A program made the position numbers and the translations under genes. Below the pieces are notes generated by a model. The model saw only the letters and a list, made by a program, of their open reading frames with translations. It had not been told where the DNA came from and did no database searches. Source: Camelus ferus (lineage: Eukaryota). From it: a stretch of 64,000 nucleotides of DNA. The stretch covers positions 74,154,001 through 74,218,000 of the forward strand of contig NC_045697.1 in NCBI RefSeq assembly GCF_009834535.1. Reading direction: 5' to 3'. Shown one piece after another: positions 52,540 through 64,000 of this stretch (the stretch's first letter is position 1; the number at the start of each line of letters is the position of its first letter).

Positions 52540-53500
52540 TTAATATCTTCCATTTAGCAGAATTTTCTCCGAGTTTATTAGGTGTCTCTGTGCTTAGAGG
52601 AGAACATTTTCATAATTAAAAATATCATGGTTTACATTTTTGAGCAGCAAAATAAGTAATGCTAGTATTGGATTTTAAACCATAGAATAAAATAGAGTCC
52701 ATACTGATGTAAACAAATGAAGACAAAGGAAAACTCTCCCTTACAGTAAATTTCAGTGAATAAATATAGAAGGGAAGAAGAAAATTGAAAATCACCATTA
52801 GGCAAACTACAGTTATAACTGTTACAACAGACAAAATTCAGATCGATGCTAGATTTAGTGCTTGAAATTTTGAAGAGAAATGTATATCCATAGTTTCAAA
52901 GTATCTCAAGTATTGACCTCAGAGGGAAAGATGGCCACTTTTCAGTGAGAAACCAGGCAGACATTACCTTAACCAAGTGAGTGATCAAGGTCAACAGTAC
53001 CAGGAAATAACACATCGTGAACCTTGTGATACGACGCACTGAGGGGGACACACCATCAGATCTGTGGTACTTTTGTCCCAAATATGTGCAATCGTGTCTA
53101 GTCATGAGAAAACATGACATCAGCAGACTCAAAGGAGGGACACTTGACAAAATAACTGATCAATACTATTCTTAAATGGCAAGTCATTAAAGAGAAGGTA
53201 AGGCTGAGGAATGGTAGTCTTTGAAAGACTGCCGAAGATCAAGGAGGAGTAGCAAATAAATTCAAGTGGGAGCCTGGGTAGATTCTCGAACAGTAAGAGA
53301 ACATTAGTGTCGAAATTCAAGACAGGTGTTTAGTTGACAGTGTTAAAGCAGACTTCATTTCCTTTTCCTGACAATTGGACATGGTTATGTAAGCCAATGG
53401 CACTGGGGAAGACGAGTGAGGGATATTTGGAAACTGTCGGGGCTGTTTTGCAACTTTCCTAGAAGTATAAAATTAATTCAAAATAACAAGTTTAAAATAT
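52540..53500 (+). mobile_element. L1MC3/4-like LINE-1 3'UTR relic
   Basis: 'gagaaaccaggcagacattaccttaaccaagtga...catgagaaaacat...tttgcaactttcctagaagtataaaattaattcaaaataa'. Confidence 0.7.
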
Positions 53501-55611
53501 TATGGCTTGCAGAGAAAACCCAATAGAAGATGTTCACTATTTCAAGTTTACTAATTACAAATGGCAATATTGAGGAAGATGAGAGAAAATTCATGAAAAA
53601 AAAATTAAACCAGTAAGGCCATATTTGAAAAAGAATAAGTATGGAGGCATATTTTAATTTCCCTACCCGTCATGCCTGGCCTAGCCTCTTGACTTGCTTT
53701 CCCCAGTAAAATGTGGCAAAATGATGCTCTATCACAGCCATGTGACATCCACTCTTTGCTCAGGGAGAGAGAAGACTCAAACTACCCAGTCATTCCAAAC
53801 AACACAGTCAAGGCCTTGGACGTGGGACTAAGGCCCTCCTCGGCCAGCTGGCCTCAAGCTACAGACTACAAACATATCAATAAACCCCATTAACATCACA
53901 TGGAAACAACCCATCCCAGCTGCGCTCTACTCAAATTGTTAACCTGGAGAACTGTGAGCAGAAAAACAGTGTTTTTTAAAGTCTTTAAGTTTTGTGGGGG
54001 AGGTGGAGATATATATTTTTTTTTAGCTAACACAGATTCACAGACAAGAGATGATTCATCTCAGATGACAAGGAAAAACTTGATTTGGAAGGTGACTTTT
54101 GAGCTTGGACTGGAAAGATTTAGAAAGGTGGAGATTTGAGCAAAAGACTTTCCAAATGACAAGCAGCACAGAGGCCTCAAGGCAGGACAGCAAGTCACCG
54201 TGGCTGGAGCAGAATGCCACGGAGGTATACCCAGGACCCACCCATAGGAGCCATATCAATGGAATTTACTGGCAATTTCCATCGCTAAACCTTTCCTCTT
54301 ACATTTCATAAGGTGAACTGATTTGGGGTGGTGTTTCCAAAATCATGTTGCCACAAAATGAAAAGCACAGGTGTTCCATTTCTTTGTCCTTAGGTGGCAC
54401 GAATGAGTTTGTGATTCACAGCTCTAGTGCCATAGGGGAAACCTCCCTGATACCTAGATAAACCTGGAGGAGAATCTCACTCAACCTTCACCTTGGGGTT
54501 TGGATGACGTTCAAGTTTAAGCACAGAGGCATATGTTTGTAGATCTGAGAGCTCTGGGGAATTGTCTGGGCTACCATGCCAAAATAGAAATTGGATTTTA
54601 AAATCTTAAGCAGGCTGTTTAGATAGGAAATGGGTTCTAAATCTTTAGAGATAGGATCATGAGATGTGGCTTTTGTGTCCACTTAAACCGAAGATCATTT
54701 TGTAACAACTGAATAGTGAGCAGGGACAAAACAGGTAAGGTGACAGTGTAGAGTTTAAACACACAGGCTTCAATATCAACTTAACTTAGGTCTACATCCT
54801 GGCTCATCGGTTGCTAGATGTGTGATCTTAGACAAGTTACAAAGCCTCTTTGAAGTTCAGTTTCTCATCTGGAAATTTGAGGCCATAATATCTACCTCAT
54901 AGTGCATTTATGAAGATTAAATAAAATCATTTTTTTAGCATATACCAGTTTATTCAATATAGTGTGTGATCCAAAGCATCTGATATTCCACAGCCAGCAA
55001 GATTTCCTACTTGCCTATCACAAAATACCGGACACCTGGAATATAGTTAATTCAAATTTCTTGTTCCTTTCCTCCTACATGTAGAATTAACCAGGTTTCT
55101 CCGTGTTGCACACAATTCACAATCACTAAAGGCTTTGGGGAGAGGGCGTATAACTGCCCCCTCAAACCTAAGGCACCTAATGTTAAAAGATAAAGCACAG
55201 GAGAGTCACCCCACAGACATTCCTGCATGTTCAGACTGTTGAACTTGAGCACAAGTGGGATTTGTCATAACAATGGAAAAAACACTGATTTCCAGTGCCT
55301 ATCCTTAATAAATATCCAAATACATGATGTGACTAACTTGTTACTATCCTGAGAATATTAAATGTACTCATCTATTCACAAAGCTTGATTTCTTACATAT
55401 GTAACAATTGAATAAAATGTGATTTTTTTTGAGGTCCTGATCATGTTTTTTGAAACAAATCAGGTTCATGGACTTGTGTGGTCTCTAGTTGCTCCCAATC
55501 TGTGGGCATCATGATGACTCACATATCTAATCTGGCACCCTGTTTTCTCCTATGAAGGGTGGTTTCACACACCAAGTATCATCTCCGCATTTGATACAGT
55601 GAACAGCAGTT

Positions 55612-56105
55612 GCAGTAGGTGGTCCTCCGTGGACCATGCCTCGTGGTGTCCATGCTGCTCTGTCATCTAGTCCCATAATGACTCTCACTGGCCCTAAGAC
55701 TCAGCTAACACAAGGCAGTGGAAGTGACAGTGTGCCAGTGACTGGCCTAAGCCTTAAGAAAGCTGGAAATTTCTACTTCTGTGATTTGTGGAGCCTGCCG
55801 TTTAAGAAATCCAGCTACCCTGCGGGAAATAACACATGGAGAGAGATTAGACCTGAGACTGTCCAGTGAGAAAGTGGTCCAGCCTTCCAGCTGTCCCTGC
55901 CAAGGCACCAGACTTGTGAATGAGCCGTCTTGGACCAGCCAGCCAGTTAAGCCCTTGAATGATTGCAGCCCCAGCAAACACCAAGTAGAGCAGAAGAAAC
56001 AGAGCTGATACCAGCCAACCCACAGACTTGTGAGAGAAAATCAACATGGAGGTTGTGTGAAGGCACTAAATTTAAGGGCGGTTGGTTATACAGTGATAAC
56101 CAAAA
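55612..56105 (+). mobile_element. MaLR LTR (MLT1F/G-like)
   Basis: 'gcagtggaagtgacagtgtgccag...ggcctaagccttaagaa...ccagccaacccacagacttgtgagag...ttggttatacagtgataac'. Confidence 0.7.
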
Positions 56106-56544
56106 CAGGGCTTGTGTCCCCTTTTATGCATTTACCACAATGCTGCAATATTTTGAAGTATCTGAAAAAAAGACTGAGTTATGAATATGTTTACATCTAC
56201 TTTATGTGCCTACCCCACGAACACTGCTGAGAACCAGAGCTGAAAAAAGTTTGCAGTAAAGGAATTACAATCTATCACATGCCTTTTCCTGAGGGGGAGT
56301 TTGTCCTTGGAGATAAAGACAGTTTCGAGCTTTCTGTTCTTTGAAGGTATAGTGGGTGACGCACTGATGTTCTACGGCAGCACTCTGTTCTCCTAAAGCT
56401 GAGTCTCCTGCGTGTCCCCGAAGCAGCAATCTGTGCCTTTAGCAGACTTTGTGAGAAGAGATTAGTCACTGACAATGCCACGTGAGAGATGCCACAAAGT
56501 GGCTCACCTGAATAATTTTTCTAGTGTTTTGATTGTTATACTGC

Positions 56545-56598
56545 ACACACACACACACACGTGCGCGTGTGTGCGTGCGTGTGTGTGTGTGTGTGTGT
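56545..56598 (+). repeat. (CA)n-(GC/GT)-(TG)n alternating purine-pyrimidine tract
   Basis: cacacacacacacacgtgcgcgtgtgtgcgtgcgtgtgtgtgtgtgtgtgtg. Confidence 0.9.
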
Positions 56599-56795
56599 TA
56601 CTCAGCACACAGATAGGCTTGACCTAGTTCATCCAGGCCAGTGAGGACAGGTTGGGAGAGTGTCACACCTGCTCACTGGAATGTGTCAGGCCTGCAGCAG
56701 GGAGACCCAGACACAGCAGTGAAAGATCAGGACATTTTATTCCCAATACTGGCAGTAACAGGAAAGCTGTCAGCTTCAGAAAACACGACAAAAAA

Positions 56796-56940
56796 GGGGG
56801 GAAGATATAGCTCAGTGGTAGAGTGTGCCTAGTACACTGCACAAGGTCCTGGGTTCAATCCCCAGGACTTCCATTAAAAACAAACAAATAAATAAAAACC
56901 TAATTACCCCCCCAAAGAAATAATTTTTTTTTTAAAAAAG
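56796..56940 (+). mobile_element. Camelid tRNA-derived SINE (Vic-1-like), full length
   Basis: GGGGGGAAGATATAGCTCAGTGGTAGAGTG...GGTCCTGGGTTCAATCCCCAG followed by the tail 'aaataaataaaaacctaattacccccc'. Confidence 0.88.
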
Positions 56941-57854
56941 AAAACATATGATGGAAAAATGGTGGTGGTGTTCAAAGTCAAGTATACACAAATTGACACA
57001 GGAAAGGAAAACTCAGCAGAAGGAGGTCACCAGGATACAAGGTGGAGGACGGACCTCCAGTCTCCTGAGTGAGGTCAAGATGGGTCCCGGGGCTACTAGG
57101 CCTTGTTTCCTCTATTAAAAATAAAACCAGAGTGGCTTAGTAACAAGTTCTACAGCTCTGTTCTCTGAGGAGAAAGTTAAGTTCTGGGATGTTGGGCTGT
57201 GGAGCTGGCTCATGGAGGTCAAAGGCCATCAGATTTGAATGGAGCTCTGAAAAGTCAGATATTGCACAAAATGCCTACGGAAATCAAGTACCAAATCCAG
57301 TGAGTGAGAGTCCTGTGAGTCCCTAACACTCCCCAGCTGCTTGGAAGCCAAAAGGAGAAGCACGCTGGCAGGGGTGCAGGACTCGATGGGCACAAGACTC
57401 GAGGGGCACAATAGCCCAGAAAGAACATGGCCTTTGGAGGGAGACAGACTTGGGCACTAATGCCAGCTGTCACCGCTGCTTCTGTGGCCGGGGCCAGTCA
57501 CTTGGATCAGTGAGGACTTCCCCTGCCTGCCTGGAATAGAAACTTCACAAAAGGACTTAACCAAAAAAGGATCTTTTTTTTCTCACATAACAAGAAATCC
57601 ATAACTCAATAGTCCAGGACTGCAGCAGCTGCTTGCTGGCTCCTTCCAGCTTTTTCCTTCCTAGTACTTAACTTGTGGTGTTTGGCCTCACGGCCTCAGT
57701 ATGGTTACTCCACTGCCAAGCACGCTTCCTGTAGGCAATCAGAGCCAAACCCCATCTCCTCCTGTGGCTTTTTTCATTTGGGGGGAATAGAAACCTTTTC
57801 CCGTGACTTCTGTGTGTATCTCATGATTTCATTTCACACACACATTATTTAATT

Positions 57855-57931
<77 letters not shown>
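57855..57931 (+). repeat. Compound (CT)n(CA)n microsatellite
   Basis: Read directly from the sequence. Confidence 0.95.
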
Positions 57932-57936
<5 letters not shown>

Positions 57937-60056
57937 CACCCCTAACTACTAGACACAGACACTGGGGAAAGGTCAGTATTTTTAACTGGGTGCATTGCTG
58001 GTACGAATTTTGTTAGCTTGTAAGAAGGAAAAATGGATAAGCAACTGGGAACAGAAACCAGATTCATTGGTTCATATTTCAAATGGGCATGGCCCAGCCT
58101 CCCCAGCAGAAGGGCAAGACGTCGGGTGCACCCCTCTAGGACTAAGCTCCATGAGATGGGGGTGGGGGTTCTTGTCTGTTTTGTTACTGTCACATCACCA
58201 GCACCCAGAAGAGTGTCCTCAGTGAGTACTCACAATAGATGAGGTGAGTGACAGACGACACGAGTCTGCAGTCAGCCGGCTGGCCCACGGAGGGAACACA
58301 GGAGTGTTGATGCTCTTCTTGTTACCAGGTCTGCCCGGGGTTTTTCCCCCGTGTCATGTCCAGAGGCTGGCAGGCAGTGCAGAGCAGCTGGCAGAGGCAA
58401 GCATTCTCAAGACCTGTATTTACTAACGGGAGGTGAATGAAGAGTCACGGATGGGTCTAAGAACAGGGCCCTCAGTGTTACCCACCTTGAGAAGGGAAAT
58501 GTTATGGTACCTTTTTCTAACTGAGCCAGCAGAAACCTTTTAACTTTCAGCTCTCAGAGAACCAATGTTTTCTTAATGTGCCAGTTGTTATAAAGATTTC
58601 CACCTGGAGTTAAAGTAGCCAGGAAGTCAAAAAGGTTTGGGAAGAGACCATGAGTTATCATCAAATAAATAAATAGCTTTATTCTTGAACGTTAGGGCTG
58701 GACTAATAATTGATGAGCATTCAATCCAAAAACCTTGTTGTGCAGACAAAAAATGGTAAGAACCTGATTTGCTCAAAACAGCATCGCTAATTCTGGATAC
58801 AGTCAGAAGGAGACCCCAGGTGCTCCTAACACAGGTCTTATTACGTGTTGTACACCTGTCCATCTCTACGGCCCACTAATGCTCGCCAGTCTCTGCCCAG
58901 CTCCGGGCCCCCTCCCACTCCCAGTGTGCTGGGTGCGTGCTGCCCCGGCGATGGAATGGCCTCTCCTTCGAGAGACCCCACCACAATTGCGGCACTGTCC
59001 TGCCTGGCACTGAGCACAGCGGTGGTCATGGGGCAGGACCCCACAGCCCACCCTGGCTCTTATACCATCTCTTTCTTCTTTTTATGGCCCAACTACCCTC
59101 ACTGCCTCACCGCATCCCCTCCTAAAACCAATTCTCTGAAATTGCTCTTCCCCTGTCACCAGAGACCTCAGAATTGTCAGATCCAATGAACGCATTTTTC
59201 TGAATTTATCTTACTGTAGTGCTTCTGAAAATTTTTCACTGAAAGATTCCTGACGTCAGAAGAGAAATATAGTGAGCCCCAGGGAATGTGGACTTCTGAC
59301 CCGAAGCCACAGGCATGAAATAATTTGGAGTTTCTTTTTATCTTAAGAATTCATGTAAATTCGCCATTCTATTCTTTCACGTGAAAATAATGTTCTTTCT
59401 TCAAATATCTTAAATAGACTTGATACTCAGGGGATATGCTTGTTTTAATCCTGTGGCTGCATGTTCCACCTGGCACCTGGATTTGGTTTGAATTTTATAA
59501 CCCTGACCGAGGTCCCTTGAGTATCCCGTAGGAGTCTGTGTTATTTCCAGGCGAGGTAGGAACTCAGTGAGACTAAAGGCAAAGGACAGTGGCTTTTGGA
59601 AGAAGCAACCTCTTCCTTCTCACTTCCCTCCTCATTTTCCCCTCCCCTGGAGAACAGAAGGAGGCTAAGAATGAAAGGCAGAAAATGTACACGTGACCTG
59701 GTATTTTGGCTGCTGCCTTGTTTGGTCCCAGTGACTGGGTTCCTATCCAAGAGAGATAAGCAGACTGTGTGGGGAGCTCTCCTCTCACTTTGGGTGAAAA
59801 CTGCCAGGAAAGCTCTTTCATTTGGGGACGGAATATTTACTTACTCAGGGAGATAACAGCCAGCGGTCTGTCATTTCTCACCCAGGTCTCAGACCTTCTT
59901 TCCACGGAGGGGGTCTTATCTACGCTCTGTCTTCGGAGCCATCCCTCCCCCTTCTCTGTGATCTGAATACTGTGTCTTGACAATCGGGTTTTACTTAGAA
60001 CTACAGAACTTTCTTTTGGGATATATCTTCAACCCATAATTTATGCTTAAGATTTT

Positions 60057-60366
60057 TTTTCTTCCTGTTTTACTGAGATTTAATTGACAGACAGCAGGGT
60101 ATAAGTTTAAGGTGTACAGCATAATGATTTGACTTACATATATTGTGAAGTGATTGTCACAATAAGTTTAGTGAACATCCATCATCTCATATAAAAATAA
60201 AATTAAAGACATAGGAAAATATTTTCCTTGTGATGAGAACTATTAGGATTTTCTCTCTTAACAGTTTTCATATATGACATACAGCAGTGTTAATTATATT
60301 TATCAAGTTGTACATTACATCCCTAGTGCTTATTTATTTTTTAACTGGAAGTCTGTACCTTTTGAC
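60057..60366 (-). mobile_element. 5'-truncated L1 (L1MA9-like 3' end) with 13-bp TSD
   Basis: TSD TGCTTAAGATTTT at 60044-60056 and 60367-60379. The right copy is followed by AA, giving an L1 endonuclease TTTT/AA site. The body reads 'taagtttaaggtgtacagcataatgatttgacttac'. Confidence 0.88.
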
Positions 60367-60479
60367 TGCTTAAGATTTTAACTAAAATTCTCTTCTAAAT
60401 CATTGTAGTTGGTTTCTAGAGTTGAACTTGTTACATTCTTTTCCTTGCTAATACAAGTACCTTCTTATTTTAAATACTT

Positions 60480-60832
60480 TGTCTTAGCTCAAGCTGCCAT
60501 AAAAAATTACCCTAGGCTGGGTGGTCCAAGCAACAGACATTTATTTTCACAGATCTGGAGGCTGGGAAGTCCAAGATCAAGGCAGATTTTTTCCCCTAGT
60601 GAGAGCTCTCCTGCCAGATTGCTTTCTCACTGTATCCTCACGTGGCAGACAGAGAAAGCTTCCTCTAACGCTCCTCCTCTCAGGGCACTAATCTCATCAC
60701 AGGGACTCCTCCCTCATGACTTCTTCTAACACTAATTACCTCCCAAAGTCTCTACTTCCAAATACCATCATCTTTGGGGTTAAGGCTTCAACATATGAAT
60801 TTTATGGGGAAACAAACATTCAGTTCAGAATA
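60480..60832 (-). mobile_element. MaLR LTR (MLT1A/B/C-like)
   Basis: 'tgtcttagctcaagctgccataaaaaattacc...ggctgggaagtccaagatcaagg...gcttcaacatatgaattttatggggaaacaaacattcag'. Confidence 0.85.
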
Positions 60833-62059
60833 CTCTTCATAAGTAACAGTTCATGTAATATTTTCATAGAATTTTTGAGTCAAATTTTATGGGTAGTAAA
60901 GAGGGGGGGCCTTCAGCTAGTCATGGTTTCCCCCAAAATATTTTCCTAAGGGAAAAGAAAAAAAACAGCATATTGATCAGAAGTAAGTTCAGCTGGGAGA
61001 AATGGGAAACAAAAAAAAAACTTTACTACTTTTAAATAAGATAGACGTTCATTTCCCTACTGTGTAAAACTCTAAAGGCATGTATCTGAGACCTGAATGG
61101 CAGCTCTGCTCCACTAAGTTCTCTGGGATAAAGCTTCTGCCAGCTCACAGCTCCACTCACTCTTATCTTCATGGACAAGGTAGCATCCAAGTTCCAGGTA
61201 GCAGAACTGAACAAAAGAACAGAGAAGAAGGGTAAAGGATGAGCCAGGTACCTCTTAAAGAAAAGTTACTGGGTATCATCACAGAGCACTTCTACCTACA
61301 TCCCACTGGCAGACTTCCATCATATGGCCACACCTACTGCAAGGGAGGCTGGGAGACGTAGTTTTTCTTTGGGGCAGCCAAAACTTCACTGTTTTAGAAA
61401 AGGGGGAGTACTAATATTGGGGGACAATAGGAGGCTCTGTCCCCCACAAACTTACTCAGTCTCTTTGCAGTATTTGTCACTATTTTATCCTTGGCTTTGC
61501 TGACACCCCTTCCAGTTTTGCTCCTTTCTCTCTGGCTGTAACTTCTCAAACTTTTCTACAGACTCTTTTTCTTCCAGGCTCCCTAGCATTTGGTCCTCAT
61601 GCTCTCTTCACTTCTCACTCTGTGGACCTTATTGAATGACCATATCAGATTCATGGTTTCTACCACTCAAGTTTTACATACCTACATCTCCTTCTTAGAT
61701 GTTTTTTCCCTGAACCCCAGGCTCATACACCCAATTCCATAAGGCGTTCTCTACCTGAATATACTATGGCGACTCAGACTCAGTACATCTAAAACTAAAC
61801 TGGTTGTCTTCCCATCAAAACGCTCTCCTTATTTTGTCACCACTATCCAGCCACATATTTACTGAAACTAGATTCCTGAGCTATGCCTGGAATTACTCCC
61901 TTCATCTCTCACATACGTTCAATGTCCTTTTTTTCACCCTCTGTTCTCCACCCTCCCTGCTTTTGCTGTAGTGGTTATAACTACCATCTAGTGAGTATTT
62001 GCACAAGCCACTTACTGATATAAATACTTTACATATTCTTCAAACAACTCTTCTGTTAT

Positions 62060-62510
62060 TGTTAGAGCAGGCAGATAACTAGATACGAGCAGAGAAAGTG
62101 GGGCACAGGCCAAACAGCATGCATCTTGTGACCAATGGGGGTCCTTGTGTAGACGGAGAAAAGCAGGAATCTCTGGAATGATAAGAAATCACATATTTTG
62201 GGATGACAAAGAAAGGTGGGAAAAGGCAAGAATCTCCAGTGTCCCAATGTAATCTTTTGCTCATTATGCCCACATTACACTGAAATTAACCTTGAGACTT
62301 CCAATTAAGACTAAATAGGGACAAAAATCCCTTCTTCCCTCTGGAAGGTGAAGCTGAAATGAAAATCAGGGAATATGATCCGAAACCCACCCTTCCCCAA
62401 TGAATATTCTGCCCATCCATTTTATACCCTAGCTAACCAACTTACCAAAGAAACTCAGTGCGGCTGCTCACCGGAGCTTGCCGGCTCTCCCCTTGAGAGC
62501 ATTCTATCCT
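62060..62510 (+). mobile_element. ERV1-class LTR, 3'-truncated, inserted in L2
   Basis: Begins TGTTAGAGCAGGCAGATAACTAGATACGAGCAG and ends at 'gctctccccttgagagc' with no poly(A) signal or terminal CA. L2-like sequence lies on both sides. Confidence 0.6.
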
Positions 62511-63430
62511 CCCCCAAATTCCATTCTTCATATGACTAACTCCCAGAGTAAAGTTTCTGAAACACAATCTAATCACCTTAGTCTGCTGCCTAAAATCCAT
62601 CGGTGCTTCTCAATCACCTTCAGACTAAAGTTCCAACTCCTTAATGTTACGTACGGTCTTTCACGGTCTGGCCTCTACCTAGCAAAATAGTCTCTTCCGA
62701 AGCCTCCCACAAGCATGGCACCATCCAGCCACATGAGACCACTTGCAGTTTCTGAGCAGAACCTATTCCCTCAGTGCATCTCTGTGTCTTTTCACTCACT
62801 CCTAGCTCCTATTTCTTCACTCACTCCTAGCTCCTATTTCAAGGGCAGACTATTATGGAAATAGCTCAGTTTCTCAAGAGCTGAATAGGTCACCACTGTG
62901 TTTTATAGCTATTACCATTCTTATCACATGGTATGCTACATGGGGGTTTTCCCTCTCCCCTCCTGGCCATCATAAGTCCCTGGAGGGAAGTGTCACTTCT
63001 TTGTATCTGCAGTACCTACTAAAGTACATGGTGCATAATAGTCATTTATTAAATTGTTGCCAAATAAGGATGAAGTAAACACAGACTATGAACTACTTCA
63101 TTCCCTTTCATGCCATTTTCCTGAACAGGGCCTAGGACATGGAGATCTCTTGAATGTCATTGATCTCACCCTGGTTTACTTACCTGCAGGGGAAGTTCAT
63201 CTTGCAGGGGGCTCAAAATAATCAAGGCCTCTCATTTGGTGTGGTACAGCTTGGGGATGGGCGTGAGGGTCTGGAAGTAAAGAAGAGCTGGGCCAAGAAA
63301 AGGAGCATGAGTACATTTACATTAGTGAAGGGGGGGAGCCATGCACAGCACAGAAGAAATGATGCTGGGACATGAAATATGTTCAGTGTGCTTGGGGGTT
63401 GTTTTTCAAGGAGATGACTAAGGGCATTTT

Positions 63431-63795
63431 GTTTATTTGTTGTTTGTGGGGGAGTTAATCAGGTTTATTTATTTATTTATTTAAATGGAGGCACTGGGGA
63501 TTGACCCTGGGACTTTATGCACACTAAGCACATGCTCTACCACTAAGCTATATCCTCCACCTGTTTTAAAATTTTATTATTTTTTTTTAATTGAGGTACT
63601 GGGGATTGAACCTAGGACCTTGTGCATGATGAACCCAGGACCTTGCATGTGCTCTACCACTGAGCTATATGCCCTTCCCCCACTTAACAATTTTCTAAAT
63701 TTTATTATTATTTTTAATTGAGGTACTGGGGATTGAACCCAGGACCTTGTGCATGCTAAGCATGTGCTTTACTACTGAGCTATGCCCTCCCCTCA
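63431..63795 (-). mobile_element. Three tandem camelid tRNA-derived SINE units
   Basis: Three 'ggaggcactgggg/gaggtactggggattga...ctctaccactgagctat' units at about 63485, 63590 and 63717, all in the same orientation. Confidence 0.88.
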
Positions 63796-64000
63796 AGCAT
63801 TTTAAAAGGTGAATTTTTCCCCCTGCTCTTCCATGGCAATTATTTTGGGGGGAAGCCAATTCAGAAAGTTGGGGTGTAGAATTTTTAAAAAGGAGCACAC
63901 AATGGTTGTAGTTATTTCACAGGATTCTGGTGCTTCTGTGACAGGCAGCCAGAGGGGAAATTACCTTCGCTGGTCTTGGCTCACTCCTCCTCCACTCCTA

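Noticed and set aside
56796..56875. tRNA gene (also at 26228-26310 and 63485-63795)
   Set aside because: A and B boxes are present, but there is no clean acceptor stem or cloverleaf. The A-rich SINE tail and multiple diverged copies indicate tRNA-derived SINEs.
1..64000. Prokaryotic-type systems (CRISPR arrays, operons, defence islands)
   Set aside because: There are no repeat-spacer arrays or long ORFs. The sequence is mammalian intron throughout.

Overview
This is mammalian nuclear DNA, most likely camelid, judging by the tRNA-derived Vic-1-type SINEs and camelid-type L1 3' ends. The window lies inside the + strand Rho-GEF gene ARHGEF38. Two coding exons are present: 23888-24075 and 48302-48425, encoding the start of the DH domain, with canonical AG/GT sites and compatible phases. 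The first coding exon and the next DH exon were not found and probably lie outside the window. The rest is intron, dense with transposon relics (L1, L2, MIR, MaLR and ERV1 LTRs, Tigger1, MER2, MER20, SINEs) and microsatellites. Almost all listed ORFs are spurious or repeat-derived. The most interesting object is a nested insertion in the intron between the two exons. A CpG-rich, apparently young 287-bp solo LTR (TGTCAGC...GCTGACA, 5-bp TSD, resembling class III/ERV-S LTRs) sits inside a twin-primed, 5'-inverted camelid L1 that has a 15-bp TSD and lies in an old L2. Repeat family names come from recalled consensus sequences, not a database search, and repeat boundaries are approximate unless TSDs are given.
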